Part shown: piece after piece, positions 9,654-18,895 of the stretch | Layout: every line of letters starts with the position of its first letter | Numbering within the stretch: the stretch's first letter is position 1 | Origin: Candidatus Hermodarchaeota archaeon | GTDB lineage: Archaea > Asgardarchaeota > Heimdallarchaeia > Hodarchaeales > Hodarchaeaceae | Assembly: GCA_048886185.1 (NCBI GenBank) | Contig: JBHLKY010000022.1 | Coordinates: forward strand, 21,864-53,863 | Length of the DNA: 32,000 nt | Direction: 5' to 3' | Notes under the pieces: generated by a model | Database searches by the model: none | Seen by the model: the letters and a program-made list of their open reading frames with translations, nothing else | What the model was told of the DNA's origin: nothing | Made by a program: the position numbers and the translations under genes

Positions 9654-10463
9654 GTGCAATACTTGATAAATGATAATTTTGTTCTTGTTATGGACATGGA
9701 CGGAACTTTGATTAAAACAGGTGAACAACTTAATGATGAACTTGCAATTCTACTAAAACCCTATATTGATGAATTTCGTTTGATAATAGCTACAGCACGG
9801 CATCCCCTTGGAGTAAAATTTGTTTTACAGGAATTTTTTAATTTTGTGCCTACTATCTCTTTGAATGGAGCTGCTCTTCACCTAACGAGTTGGACAAAAT
9901 TCGATAAAGTTATCTTTTTTCCAAGCAAAGTTGTTAGTGAGATCAAAGAAGAACTATCATCGTTTAATGTTGTTACAACATACTATGGAACAGATTTCTG
10001 GGCAGTATCAGATTATTCTCCAGGAGTTGATAGAGAGGCGAGAGTAACTGGTATGACGCCTGTTTTATGGGAAGAAAAGTTCCTAGATGGCTGTATAAAG
10101 ATACTAGTAATAGATGAAAGAAATAAGATAAAAAAGGTGCAAGAATATGTCTCCAGAAATCTCAGCAATCATGTCCAAGTTAATACTTCCCATGAAACTT
10201 ATTTGGAAATCTCCCCGTATTCTGTAAAGAAATGTTTATTTCTTCCGGATCTGTTGAAAGAGTTATTCTATAGAAACTATCGAACCATCAAAGTAATATT
10301 TATTGGTGATTCTGAAAATGACATCCACTGTGCAGAAGTTGCCAATGAGGCTTGGACTTTTTCAACATCCCCAAAAAGATTAAAAGATCTCTCTTCAGGA
10401 ATTCTAGACCATGCTAATGGCAAAGGAGTAAAAAAATTTCTCATTCGGTTAAATAAACAATAA
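9654..10463 (+). CDS. Cof-type HAD-IIB sugar-phosphate phosphatase
   Basis: Motif I DMDGT, motif II IATAR, SLNGA, a cap ending YLEISP, a motif III Lys and motif IV GDSEND. Confidence 0.88.
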   Translation: MQYLINDNFVLVMDMDGTLIKTGEQLNDELAILLKPYIDEFRLIIATARHPLGVKFVLQEFFNFVPTISLNGAALHLTSWTKFDKVIFFPSKVVSEIKEELSSFNVVTTYYGTDFWAVSDYSPGVDREARVTGMTPVLWEEKFLDGCIKILVIDERNKIKKVQEYVSRNLSNHVQVNTSHETYLEISPYSVKKCLFLPDLLKELFYRNYRTIKVIFIGDSENDIHCAEVANEAWTFSTSPKRLKDLSSGILDHANGKGVKKFLIRLNKQ

Positions 10464-10515
10464 GAATGCCTCTTAAACATGAACTATCAAAATAATCTCC
10501 TAGGAATGTCAAATA

Positions 10516-13500
10516 ATGAGTATTTATTATTACGATGAGAGTAATAGATTCGTTATAGAGAATTATAATCATGCTAAACCTTTTGCTAGTTTTCTACCTG
10601 GAATTGCAGGAACATTGGGCATCCCTCTGTGGGTTTTCTATGTTAACAGAGGGCAAGGAATTGCAAGTTTTGGATTTCGAGATAAGAATGGCTCAATCAT
10701 GGAATTTTTTCCTGCAAATAAATCATACCAACTAGTGCCTTATATTGGATTTAGAACTTTTATAAAGAAAATTAGTAATAATAAATCTCATTTTCATGAA
10801 CCTTTTTCATTAAATCACCGAAATTTCAATAGAATTGAACGAATGATGATAAGCTCTCATGATCTAGAGATTGAAGAAATCTCACACGATCTTGGCTTGA
10901 AAACCAATATAATTTACTTCACATTACCAAATGAAGATTTTGGTGGTTTAGTACGGAGAGTAAACATAAAAAATGTTTCTTCAAATCCCATAAAATTTGA
11001 GCTACTTGATGGATTACCGATTGTGGTCCCTTTTGGGATCCCTCATAGGGTATTAAAGGAGATGAGTTATACAGGGATTGCTTGGATCGAAGTTTCCAAT
11101 ATAGACCAAAAAATCCCTTTTTATAGGGTTAGTTCAAGTATAGGAGACGAGACACAGGTTCAGAAAATAAACAAGGGACATTTTTTTCTATCATTCATTC
11201 AGAACAAAGATGGAAATCGGCTATTAGATCCCATTGTTGACCCAGAAAACATATTTGGTAAAAATACATCACTATCTTATCCTGATATTTTCTTAAAATC
11301 ATCAATAAAAGAATTACGAAAGAGAGGGCAAATAACTAGTAATAAAATCCCTTGTGGCTTTTTTTATACTGACTGGAGTCTAAATCCAAATGAATCAGTA
11401 GAAATAATTTCTATTATTGGTCAAGTTAATGATATTAACTGGCTTAACAGCCAAAAACAACGGATTATTCAGAAGAATTACATTGCTTTGAAAGAAGATG
11501 AAAATGCAGAAATCATTTCTTTAATAATGAAGAAGGTACAAACAAAGACATCCTCAAAATTATTTGATAGCTATTGCCAACAAAATTTCCTAGACAATGT
11601 TTTACGGGGAGGTTATCCATTTATTATAGATAGTATAAAAACACCTATTGTGTTTCACTTATACTTTAGAAAACACGGGGATTTAGAACGAGATTACAAT
11701 TGGTACTATTTAGAAGATAATTTCTATTCACAAGGAAATGGAAATTATCGTGATGTTAATCAGAATCGAAGATGCGATGTACATATTCATCCTAATGTCC
11801 AGCATTTCAATGTACTTGCATTCATGAACCTAATACAATTAGATGGATATAATCCATTAGTACTTGAAGGTTCAAGGTTCAAATTTGAAATCTCCAGTCA
11901 ATTAGAAATCTTAAACCTTGGAAATGACCGTTCTAAAATAGAAGGTTTCTTTAAAAGACCCTTTACACCAGGAAGTTTAATCAAATTTATAAAGGATCAA
12001 AAAATCACTCTGAAGATTCCTCTTCACGATTTTCTGAAAACAGTCCTTAATCATTCAGATCAATTTTTTGAAGCTTCTCATGGAGAAGGTTATTGGATTG
12101 ATCACTGGACATATAACTTAGACCTTATTGAAGACTATTTTTCAATTTTTCCTGATAAGAAGGATGAATTACTTTTTAAGAAGACCATTTTCACTTTTTA
12201 TGACAATTCAGCAGTGGTTCGACCAAGAAAAGACAAATATGTATTAATTGACAGAAAAGTTCGACAATTAGGTTCAGTTATGATAGATAAACAAAAAGAG
12301 AAGTTAATTAATTCCAGAGATCAATTTCAGAATTCTGTAAGAATAGAGAATGGAACTGGATCTGTTTACAAAACAACTTTGTTTTCAAAGCTATTTTGTC
12401 TCGTACTGGTTAAGTTTGCCACTTTAGATCCTTATGGAATGGGAATTGAGATGGAAGCTAATAAACCAAGCTGGTACGATGCTTTGAATGGATTACCAGG
12501 AATTTTCGGTTCCTCTATGTCTGAAACTTATGAGCTTAAAAGATTCATCATTTTTATGTTAAATTCTATTAAAAATAGTATAGAAAAATCTATCAAAATT
12601 CCAGTTGAAGCTTATGACTTTTTAGAGAAAACATTAAAACATTTAGAGGAATATTACTCTTCAAAAATGGAAAATAAGCAATTTCTTTATTGGGATGTAA
12701 TCTCAACGGCGAGGGAAAACTTCAGGGAACGAATCAAATTTGGACTTATCGGGGAAGAAAAAGAGATTACAATTAAAAATGTAAAAATTAGTTTAGAAAC
12801 CTTTTTACAGAAATTGGAGAAAGGGATATCTAATTCACTTGAATTGAATAATAAAAGATACCCTACTTACTTTTATTATGAAATCGAGGAATATGAACCA
12901 CTTTATGATGAACAAGGAAATGTTAAAATTCATGAAAATGGTTTTCCTAACGTACAGATAAAGAAATTTAAGCCAGTGTCCCTACCATTGTTTCTAGAAG
13001 GATTTGTTAAAGGTATAAAAATCCAAACTAGTAAACAGAATGCAAGAGAAGTTTGGAGTCAAGCTAGAGACAGTAGGCTTTTTGATCAGAAGTTAAAGAT
13101 GTATAAATTGAATGAATCACTTGATAAACAACCCATTGATATTGGGAGAGCCAAAGCTTTCACGGCAGGCTGGCTAGAGAATGAATCAATTTGGCTTCAC
13201 ATGCAGTACAAATTCTTACTTGAAGTCCTTAAACAAGGTCTATACAATGAATTTTTTTCTGATTTTAAAAATATAATAATTCCTTTCTTAAATCCAGAAG
13301 TTTATGGAAGAAATTTAACTGAAAATTCATCGTTCATCGTAAGCAGTGCCTTTATCGATGAAAATCTTCACGGAACAGGCTTCTATGCAAGATTAAGCGG
13401 AGCAACAGCAGAATTTTTACATATTTGGTTATTAATGATGGTAGGGAAGAATCCTTTTACAGTAGAAGATAACCAATTATGCTTAGAATTCAGACCAATT

Positions 13501-13770
13501 CTACCAAGCTGGTTATTCGATGAAAAAGGAATTATATCTTTTAATTTCTTAGGGAATTGTAATGTAATTTACAATAATCCGCAAAAATTAGACACATTTA
13601 ATAAAAATATACAAATCAAGGAGATAGACCTTGAAATTGAAGGAGAAGGTACTACTAATCTCAAAGGAAGTAAAATCAGAACTCCTTTTGCATCATTGGT
13701 AAGATCAGGCAAAGTAAAATCTATTTCCATCTTTTTTGAATCCATTGAAACCTCAAAAAGTAATTTCTGA
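10516..13770 (+). CDS. GH161-type beta-1,3-glucan phosphorylase (often auto-annotated 'cellobiose phosphorylase')
   Basis: 1084 aa. Carries the motifs I recall for GH161: KPFASFLPGIAG..GIPLWVFYVNRGQ, RKHGDLERDYN, SQGNGNYRDVNQNRR, GEGYWIDHWTYNLD, GIEMEANKPSWYDALNGLPG (candidate catalytic Asp at 12478), WLENESIWLHMQYK and ARLSGATAEF. It lacks the PFFMSIVS-type N-terminus of GH149. Confidence 0.82.
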   Translation: MSIYYYDESNRFVIENYNHAKPFASFLPGIAGTLGIPLWVFYVNRGQGIASFGFRDKNGSIMEFFPANKSYQLVPYIGFRTFIKKISNNKSHFHEPFSLNHRNFNRIERMMISSHDLEIEEISHDLGLKTNIIYFTLPNEDFGGLVRRVNIKNVSSNPIKFELLDGLPIVVPFGIPHRVLKEMSYTGIAWIEVSNIDQKIPFYRVSSSIGDETQVQKINKGHFFLSFIQNKDGNRLLDPIVDPENIFGKNTSLSYPDIFLKSSIKELRKRGQITSNKIPCGFFYTDWSLNPNESVEIISIIGQVNDINWLNSQKQRIIQKNYIALKEDENAEIISLIMKKVQTKTSSKLFDSYCQQNFLDNVLRGGYPFIIDSIKTPIVFHLYFRKHGDLERDYNWYYLEDNFYSQGNGNYRDVNQNRRCDVHIHPNVQHFNVLAFMNLIQLDGYNPLVLEGSRFKFEISSQLEILNLGNDRSKIEGFFKRPFTPGSLIKFIKDQKITLKIPLHDFLKTVLNHSDQFFEASHGEGYWIDHWTYNLDLIEDYFSIFPDKKDELLFKKTIFTFYDNSAVVRPRKDKYVLIDRKVRQLGSVMIDKQKEKLINSRDQFQNSVRIENGTGSVYKTTLFSKLFCLVLVKFATLDPYGMGIEMEANKPSWYDALNGLPGIFGSSMSETYELKRFIIFMLNSIKNSIEKSIKIPVEAYDFLEKTLKHLEEYYSSKMENKQFLYWDVISTARENFRERIKFGLIGEEKEITIKNVKISLETFLQKLEKGISNSLELNNKRYPTYFYYEIEEYEPLYDEQGNVKIHENGFPNVQIKKFKPVSLPLFLEGFVKGIKIQTSKQNAREVWSQARDSRLFDQKLKMYKLNESLDKQPIDIGRAKAFTAGWLENESIWLHMQYKFLLEVLKQGLYNEFFSDFKNIIIPFLNPEVYGRNLTENSSFIVSSAFIDENLHGTGFYARLSGATAEFLHIWLLMMVGKNPFTVEDNQLCLEFRPILPSWLFDEKGIISFNFLGNCNVIYNNPQKLDTFNKNIQIKEIDLEIEGEGTTNLKGSKIRTPFASLVRSGKVKSISIFFESIETSKSNF

Positions 13771-13870
13771 AGGATGAAATCTAAGGGAACAATGATGAAT
13801 AATAATTTTAATCTTGCTCATTATATTAATATAGGCCAATTAAATATCAAAATAATTCAACCACATATAG

Positions 13871-13875
13871 GGTGA
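13871..13875 (+). promoter_or_regulatory. Shine-Dalgarno site (GGTGA)
   Basis: GGTGA lies 8 nt upstream of ATG 13884 and is complementary to the conserved 16S 3' tail. Confidence 0.6.
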
Positions 13876-13883
13876 GCACTAAT

Positions 13884-14609
13884 ATGGAAACCACTAGGGC
13901 ATTAATAGACATTGCTGAATGGAGGAGACGTCGTAAAGTAATTGAAAATAAAAGAATAGAACTTCTATTAAAGAATGAGAGTTGGATAAAACAAAGGTTG
14001 ATTTCACAACGGGGATCAGATGTTCGTCCTTCTGAAGTCTCTCAAACGATAGAATGGTTAAAGAAAGTCTCGAAATTTATACCTATTCCTTCTGATAGAG
14101 AATTAGAAGAAATTGTAAGAATTATGGTTCTCCTGAGCAATGAACGAGCAAAATTTTCTCACATTTATGATGAATCTGGTCTAAAACTAATGAAATCGGT
14201 AAGAGAGGGGATGATACGATATTTTGTCGTACTCAGCGAACTTCGAGCTCGTAGAAAAGAGTTTATTGACTATTGGTTCACTGATGACTATTGGATAACA
14301 GAATGGAGTAAAATATTACTTGATTTAGCACCAGAGGAAAATATGACTAAATATAGTATTGCTGATGTAACAGCAAGGGACTTTTTATATATCTTAGAGC
14401 TAGAGCTAGCAACTGCTGACACTGCATCTGGATTGGAAAATCCAATGATCTGTTTACAAGCTATTGAAAATAAGGATGCTTTTCTAATTATTCCTACCGA
14501 AGCTGCCGCAAAAGAATATAAGGATCAAGTCGATCAAATCATTGATAAAAAAATAACATTCACGGAATGGACAAAAAAGACTTTAAAACATCTTGGACTA
14601 CCGAAATGA
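13884..14609 (+). CDS. Hypothetical protein, apparently all-alpha (start revised to ATG 13884)
   Basis: Clean ORF of about 241 aa in its own intergenic slot, with GGTGA at 13871-13875 upstream of ATG 13884. No recognisable motif. Confidence 0.75.
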   Translation: METTRALIDIAEWRRRRKVIENKRIELLLKNESWIKQRLISQRGSDVRPSEVSQTIEWLKKVSKFIPIPSDRELEEIVRIMVLLSNERAKFSHIYDESGLKLMKSVREGMIRYFVVLSELRARRKEFIDYWFTDDYWITEWSKILLDLAPEENMTKYSIADVTARDFLYILELELATADTASGLENPMICLQAIENKDAFLIIPTEAAAKEYKDQVDQIIDKKITFTEWTKKTLKHLGLPK

Positions 14610-14631
14610 ATATTGAAAATAAATATAGCCT

Positions 14632-15474
14632 TTAATCTATATCATATTTCTTTTTATAGAAATTATACCAATATTCAACTGCTATTGGTTTCCATATCTC
14701 TGCTTCTAGCTTAAAAAAATCAGGGGGCTTTATAGCCTTCATTGGTAAATTATCTTGGATAACCTCACAAACTATTTCTTTAAGGGATTTATAGAAACTA
14801 ATATGTTTATCTAAGTCTTGTTTACTCAATAAAACATGACCATGACCAGGTACTATCTTCTCAATGTCCATTTTCTGTATTTGCTGTAACTGGGTCAACC
14901 ACTTGTCAGGATTGCAGGTAGGATCCCCCGCATAAGGATAAATATCTTCAAAAACAAGATCCCCAGTGAAAATAACCTTTTCTACAGGAAAATATACATA
15001 GGTTGATCCAGAGGTATGTCCTCCAGCGTGATAAATCTCTATCTTGAGATCTTCATCATATAGGAGCTTCTTATATTCAAAAGTGGTTGTTGGAGGAGTG
15101 ATTTCAATTCCTTTTGCTAATGGATCTTCAATTATTAGGTTATTTCGCCATTCCTCTAAAGATTTTAAGGTATTTGGATCTGTTAGATTATGTAAGGTTT
15201 CTTTAGAACCAATAATTGACAAATCCCGAAATGCAGGTGACCCAAAGATGTGATCACCGTGATAGTGCGTATAAACTAAGTATTTAATAGGCAATCCAAA
15301 TTTTTCCTCAACTTTATCACGAAAATTCTTTGCTGTAACTGTATATGTCGTTGTATCAACGATACAGACAAAATTTCGTAATACTATGGCTCCAATATTT
15401 CCAGAACGGATCATACTGGTGTTAACTATACAATGATAATCTGTAACAAATTCTAATTCAAATTTAAGTCCCAT
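14632..15474 (-). CDS. MBL-fold metallo-hydrolase
   Basis: THYHGDH metal-binding motif, GGHTSG, FTGDL and PGHG. Confidence 0.9.
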   Translation of the reverse strand: MGLKFELEFVTDYHCIVNTSMIRSGNIGAIVLRNFVCIVDTTTYTVTAKNFRDKVEEKFGLPIKYLVYTHYHGDHIFGSPAFRDLSIIGSKETLHNLTDPNTLKSLEEWRNNLIIEDPLAKGIEITPPTTTFEYKKLLYDEDLKIEIYHAGGHTSGSTYVYFPVEKVIFTGDLVFEDIYPYAGDPTCNPDKWLTQLQQIQKMDIEKIVPGHGHVLLSKQDLDKHISFYKSLKEIVCEVIQDNLPMKAIKPPDFFKLEAEIWKPIAVEYWYNFYKKKYDID

Positions 15475-15570
15475 TGATTAAGAACACCTAAGATAAAAGA
15501 AGTTTCGATCCTATTTCAGATATTCTGGAGAAAAAGAAAGAGACCGGGATTAGTTATAGTATTTATTAAT

Positions 15571-16287
15571 TTACCATCCAAGGATTCTTTTTTCCTTATA
15601 AAATTCTCCTGTTTTTAAATTCCTCGCAGATTCTGTGGCTAGGAATATTGGAGTCTCAATTCCTTCTTTAATAGATAATGGCGCATTTGGTCCTCCTAGA
15701 TCTGTTCTTACCCATCCAGGATCAACTGAAAAAACCAGAATATTTGTATCCTTAAGTTCATTTGCTAAGTTTTTTGTTATGGCATTTATAGCAGTTTTTG
15801 AAATGCTATAAGCTGGATAATAATCCATTCTATTAACAGTCAATTGTCCCAATCCTGATGAAAAATTAATGATTCTTCCTGATTTGGATCTTCTTAGAAG
15901 AGGAATGAACTTTTGGCTCATTAAAAGAATCCCTCTGAAATTTATGTTCATAGTTCGTTCTAAAATCTCAAGTGGAAGGTTTTCAATCCTGGTTTCAGCA
16001 CTTTCAAGATTCACTGCTCCATTGTTGATTAGAACATCGATGTGATTTTGTTCTTCTGAAACCTCTTTGGCAAGCCTTTCAATATCCTCAACTTTTTCTA
16101 AGTCAGTAATTTTCAATTTAACTTTTAAGTTCTGATCTTTAAAGTCTTTTTCAGCCATAGAACCACTTTCCTCATTTCTACAAATCATATAAACAGTAGC
16201 TCCCATTTCAGCGAGTTTTCGTGTCATCGCTTTTCCCATACCTTTATTTGCACCAGTGATTAGAATGATTTTACCTTTGAGACTCAT
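15571..16287 (-). CDS. Short-chain dehydrogenase/reductase (carbonyl-reductase-like, probably NADPH)
   Basis: TGANKGMG glycine motif followed by a basic residue (ICR), then NNGA, catalytic Ser (FSSG), YSISK and DPGWVRTDLGG. Confidence 0.92.
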   Translation of the reverse strand: MSLKGKIILITGANKGMGKAMTRKLAEMGATVYMICRNEESGSMAEKDFKDQNLKVKLKITDLEKVEDIERLAKEVSEEQNHIDVLINNGAVNLESAETRIENLPLEILERTMNINFRGILLMSQKFIPLLRRSKSGRIINFSSGLGQLTVNRMDYYPAYSISKTAINAITKNLANELKDTNILVFSVDPGWVRTDLGGPNAPLSIKEGIETPIFLATESARNLKTGEFYKEKRILGW

Positions 16288-16333
16288 CTTGTTTCTTCCT
16301 TTCTTTCTCTAATGCTATATCCTCCATTTGCAT

Positions 16334-16411
16334 CTATCCAGTAGGAGCTTCCCCAATTCCCGAACTTCCTCTGAATAATATAGCAACTTTTCCATTTAAA
16401 CCATTTTCCAT
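16334..16411 (-). pseudogene. Remnant of an SDR N-terminus (25 codons)
   Basis: ATG 16411 gives MENGLNGKVAILFRGSSGIGEAPTG*, resembling the SDR start L.GKVAIVTGGSSGIGEA. It ends at TAG 16334-16336 and is out of frame with the downstream SDR. Confidence 0.6.
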
Positions 16412-16488
16412 AATATTACACTTAAGATTAGATTGTTTCACTTGTTTTGAAGAAAATTTATTAAATTTCCTTTGAAAATAGACTGAAA

Positions 16489-16494
16489 GAGGTG
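16489..16494 (+). promoter_or_regulatory. Shine-Dalgarno site (GAGGTG)
   Basis: Lies 8 nt upstream of ATG 16503. Confidence 0.6.
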
Positions 16495-16502
16495 TTTTAG
16501 TA

Positions 16503-17837
16503 ATGAATTCATCCTTTATCAAAGTAGATGGATCTAAGTTCATTGTAAATGGAAACAAAATCATTTTAAGAGGTTTTGGGCTTGGAAACTGGTTAAACAT
16601 CGAACACTTTATGATCGGTCTTCCTGGAACAGAATCTCAATTAAGGGGAGCTCTTGAACAAGCATATGGATTAAAAAACGCCAAAAAATTCTGGGAAAAG
16701 TATCACAACTGTTACATTAATGAAAAAGATTTCCAATTTCTTAGGAAAATAGGTGTTAATTCGCTTAGAATTTCTTTTAATTACCGACTTTTTGAATCTG
16801 ATCTGCAGCCTTATTCTTATGACCCAAATGGTTTTGGCCAACTAGACCGAATCCTGAAATTGTGTGAAAAATACAAGATCTATGCCATTCTCGATCTACA
16901 CGCTGCACCAGGAGGCCAGAATCCAGATTGGCATTCAGATAACGCAACAGGTGAAGCTCTTTTTTGGGAACAGCAGGATTTCCAAAAGCGTGTCTTTTAT
17001 TTATGGAAACATATTGCTTTGCATTACTGTTCTAATCCATGGGTCGCTGGATATGATTTAATGAATGAACCATGTTATTATGAACCCAAGGGAGAGATTG
17101 TTGATCAATTCTATCATGAACTAGCTAAAGAAATACGAAAAGTGGATAAAAATCATATTCTGTTCATTGAAGGAGATTTTTATGGACATTTCTTCACAAA
17201 GTATACTCCTTATGAGGACCCGAATGTCGCTTATTCATTTCATTTTTATCCATCATTTTTCGATGGCAAAATTCAACAAAAGTCAGACCAAATAGATACA
17301 ATTGAAAAAGTAATTTTTGGTGATGGTGAGATAGATTTTGTAAAAAATAAATTCCAACGCCCTTTATGGTGTGGTGAAACAGGAATTTCCTTAAAAAGAG
17401 GTAATATGAAATTTTATGAATCATTACTACATGATACAATAACAGTTTTTGAAAAAAATGGCATATCTTGGTCCATTTGGACCTACAAAGATGCTAGAAG
17501 CATGGGATGTCTTCATCCGAAAGTTGATTCTCCTTGGATGAAATTTTCGGCCTTGGCGTCAGGAGATTGGAAATTTGAGGAGGAATTTCAAAGATATTTA
17601 ATTGCAAATGAAGTATTGAAGAACATGAATTTAACTCACTTACCGAATAATCTCCAGCGGAAGATTAATTTTCGCCTTTTGGCAAATAATCAATTAGTGA
17701 GGTGTATTCGCTACAAAGACATTTTTAATAAAATTCCAATTGAAGGATTGATGAGTTATCCAAAGTCCTTTCTTTTTGAAAATTGTGAACAATGGACAAC
17801 CATTATAGATCTGATCAAAACACAAACAAAAATTTAA
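16503..17837 (+). CDS. GH5 glycoside hydrolase, cytoplasmic (resembles GH5_22 beta-xylosidase/beta-glucosidase)
   Basis: LRGFGLGNWLNIEHF, LDLHAAPGGQNPDWHSDN, the acid/base motif DLMNEP, SFHFYP, the nucleophile WCGETG and WSIWTYKD. No signal peptide. GAGGTG lies upstream. The subfamily call is from recall only. Confidence 0.85.
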   Translation: MNSSFIKVDGSKFIVNGNKIILRGFGLGNWLNIEHFMIGLPGTESQLRGALEQAYGLKNAKKFWEKYHNCYINEKDFQFLRKIGVNSLRISFNYRLFESDLQPYSYDPNGFGQLDRILKLCEKYKIYAILDLHAAPGGQNPDWHSDNATGEALFWEQQDFQKRVFYLWKHIALHYCSNPWVAGYDLMNEPCYYEPKGEIVDQFYHELAKEIRKVDKNHILFIEGDFYGHFFTKYTPYEDPNVAYSFHFYPSFFDGKIQQKSDQIDTIEKVIFGDGEIDFVKNKFQRPLWCGETGISLKRGNMKFYESLLHDTITVFEKNGISWSIWTYKDARSMGCLHPKVDSPWMKFSALASGDWKFEEEFQRYLIANEVLKNMNLTHLPNNLQRKINFRLLANNQLVRCIRYKDIFNKIPIEGLMSYPKSFLFENCEQWTTIIDLIKTQTKI

Positions 17838-17865
17838 TTTCCCATCAAAATTATAAATAATTTAA

Positions 17866-17870
17866 GGTGA
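17866..17870 (+). promoter_or_regulatory. Shine-Dalgarno site (GGTGA)
   Basis: Lies 5 nt upstream of ATG 17876. Confidence 0.55.
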
Positions 17871-17875
17871 AATTT

Positions 17876-18859
17876 ATGAAATACCGTCATGTAGGTAGCA
17901 CAGGTTTAAAAATAAGTGAGATAAGCTTAGGCTCATGGTTGACCTATGGAGGATCTCAAGATAAGGAAGCCAGTAGAGAAATTGTGGTTAAAGCCATAGA
18001 ACATGGTATAAACTTCATAGATATCGCAGATGTCTATAGTGGAGGGAATGCAGAAAAAGTAATTGGTGAAATAATTCAAGAAGAAAATTATAATAGAAAA
18101 GACCTTGTTATAAGCAGTAAAGCTTTTTGGCCAATGTCTAAGGGAGTCAATGATAAAGGTTTAAGTCGAAAACACATAATGGAGTCAATTGAAGGAACTT
18201 TAGATAGACTTAACACAGACTATTTAGACATTTATTTCTGTCACAGATTTGACAGATACACCCCTCTTGAAGAAACAATCCAAGCAATGTCGAATCTCGT
18301 TGATAGAGGAGTTATTCATTACTGGGGAACATCAGTATGGACTGCAGTACAGCTAGAAAGAGCTTATTGGATGGCAAAATCTCTTGGTTGTCATCCTCCA
18401 GTTGTGGAACAACCTCAATATCATATGTTGAATCGTTATATTGAAATACCTCAAGGTGTAATAGAGACCTGCAGACATAATGGGATGGGTATCGTGTGTT
18501 TTTCTCCTTTATGTCAGGGAGTTTTGACAGGAAAGTATAACGATGGGGTTCCATCAGAAAGTCGAGGAGCTTCAACAGATTGGCTTAAATGGGATTTAAA
18601 TCCCGAAAACATAGAGAAAGTAAAACAACTTCAACCTATTGCTGATTATTTAAATGTTCAAATGTCTCAATTAGCGCTTGCTTGGATTTTACGTCATGAA
18701 GAAATAAGTTGTGCAATCACAGGTGCTACTAAACCACAACATGTTGAATCTAATGTTCAAGCATCTGGATTAAAACTTGACAACAAGACTATAAACCAGA
18801 TAGAGGAGATTCTAAATAATAAACCAGAGATCCATGGACTTTATCATCCTCCTTGGTGA
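17876..18859 (+). CDS. Aldo/keto reductase (Kv-beta/YghZ-like; start revised to ATG 17876)
   Basis: MKYRHVGSTGLKISEISLG, catalytic tetrad D/Y (DIADVY), K (SSK) and H (CHRFD), and SPLCQGVLTGKY. GGTGA at 17866-17870 favours ATG 17876. Confidence 0.93.
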   Translation: MKYRHVGSTGLKISEISLGSWLTYGGSQDKEASREIVVKAIEHGINFIDIADVYSGGNAEKVIGEIIQEENYNRKDLVISSKAFWPMSKGVNDKGLSRKHIMESIEGTLDRLNTDYLDIYFCHRFDRYTPLEETIQAMSNLVDRGVIHYWGTSVWTAVQLERAYWMAKSLGCHPPVVEQPQYHMLNRYIEIPQGVIETCRHNGMGIVCFSPLCQGVLTGKYNDGVPSESRGASTDWLKWDLNPENIEKVKQLQPIADYLNVQMSQLALAWILRHEEISCAITGATKPQHVESNVQASGLKLDNKTINQIEEILNNKPEIHGLYHPPW

Positions 18860-18895
18860 TTTCCTCCAAATGAGAATTTCTTGAAACAGTCCACG

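Noticed and set aside
13822-13833. Perfect 12-bp palindrome TATATTAATATA upstream of the orphan gene
   Set aside because: A/T only, not repeated upstream of other genes in the window, and indistinguishable from TATA-like background.
16334-16600. 88-aa minus-strand ORF as a real gene
   Set aside because: It overlaps the GH5 start antisense and the promoter region. Only the last 25 codons look meaningful, and they are reported as an SDR remnant.
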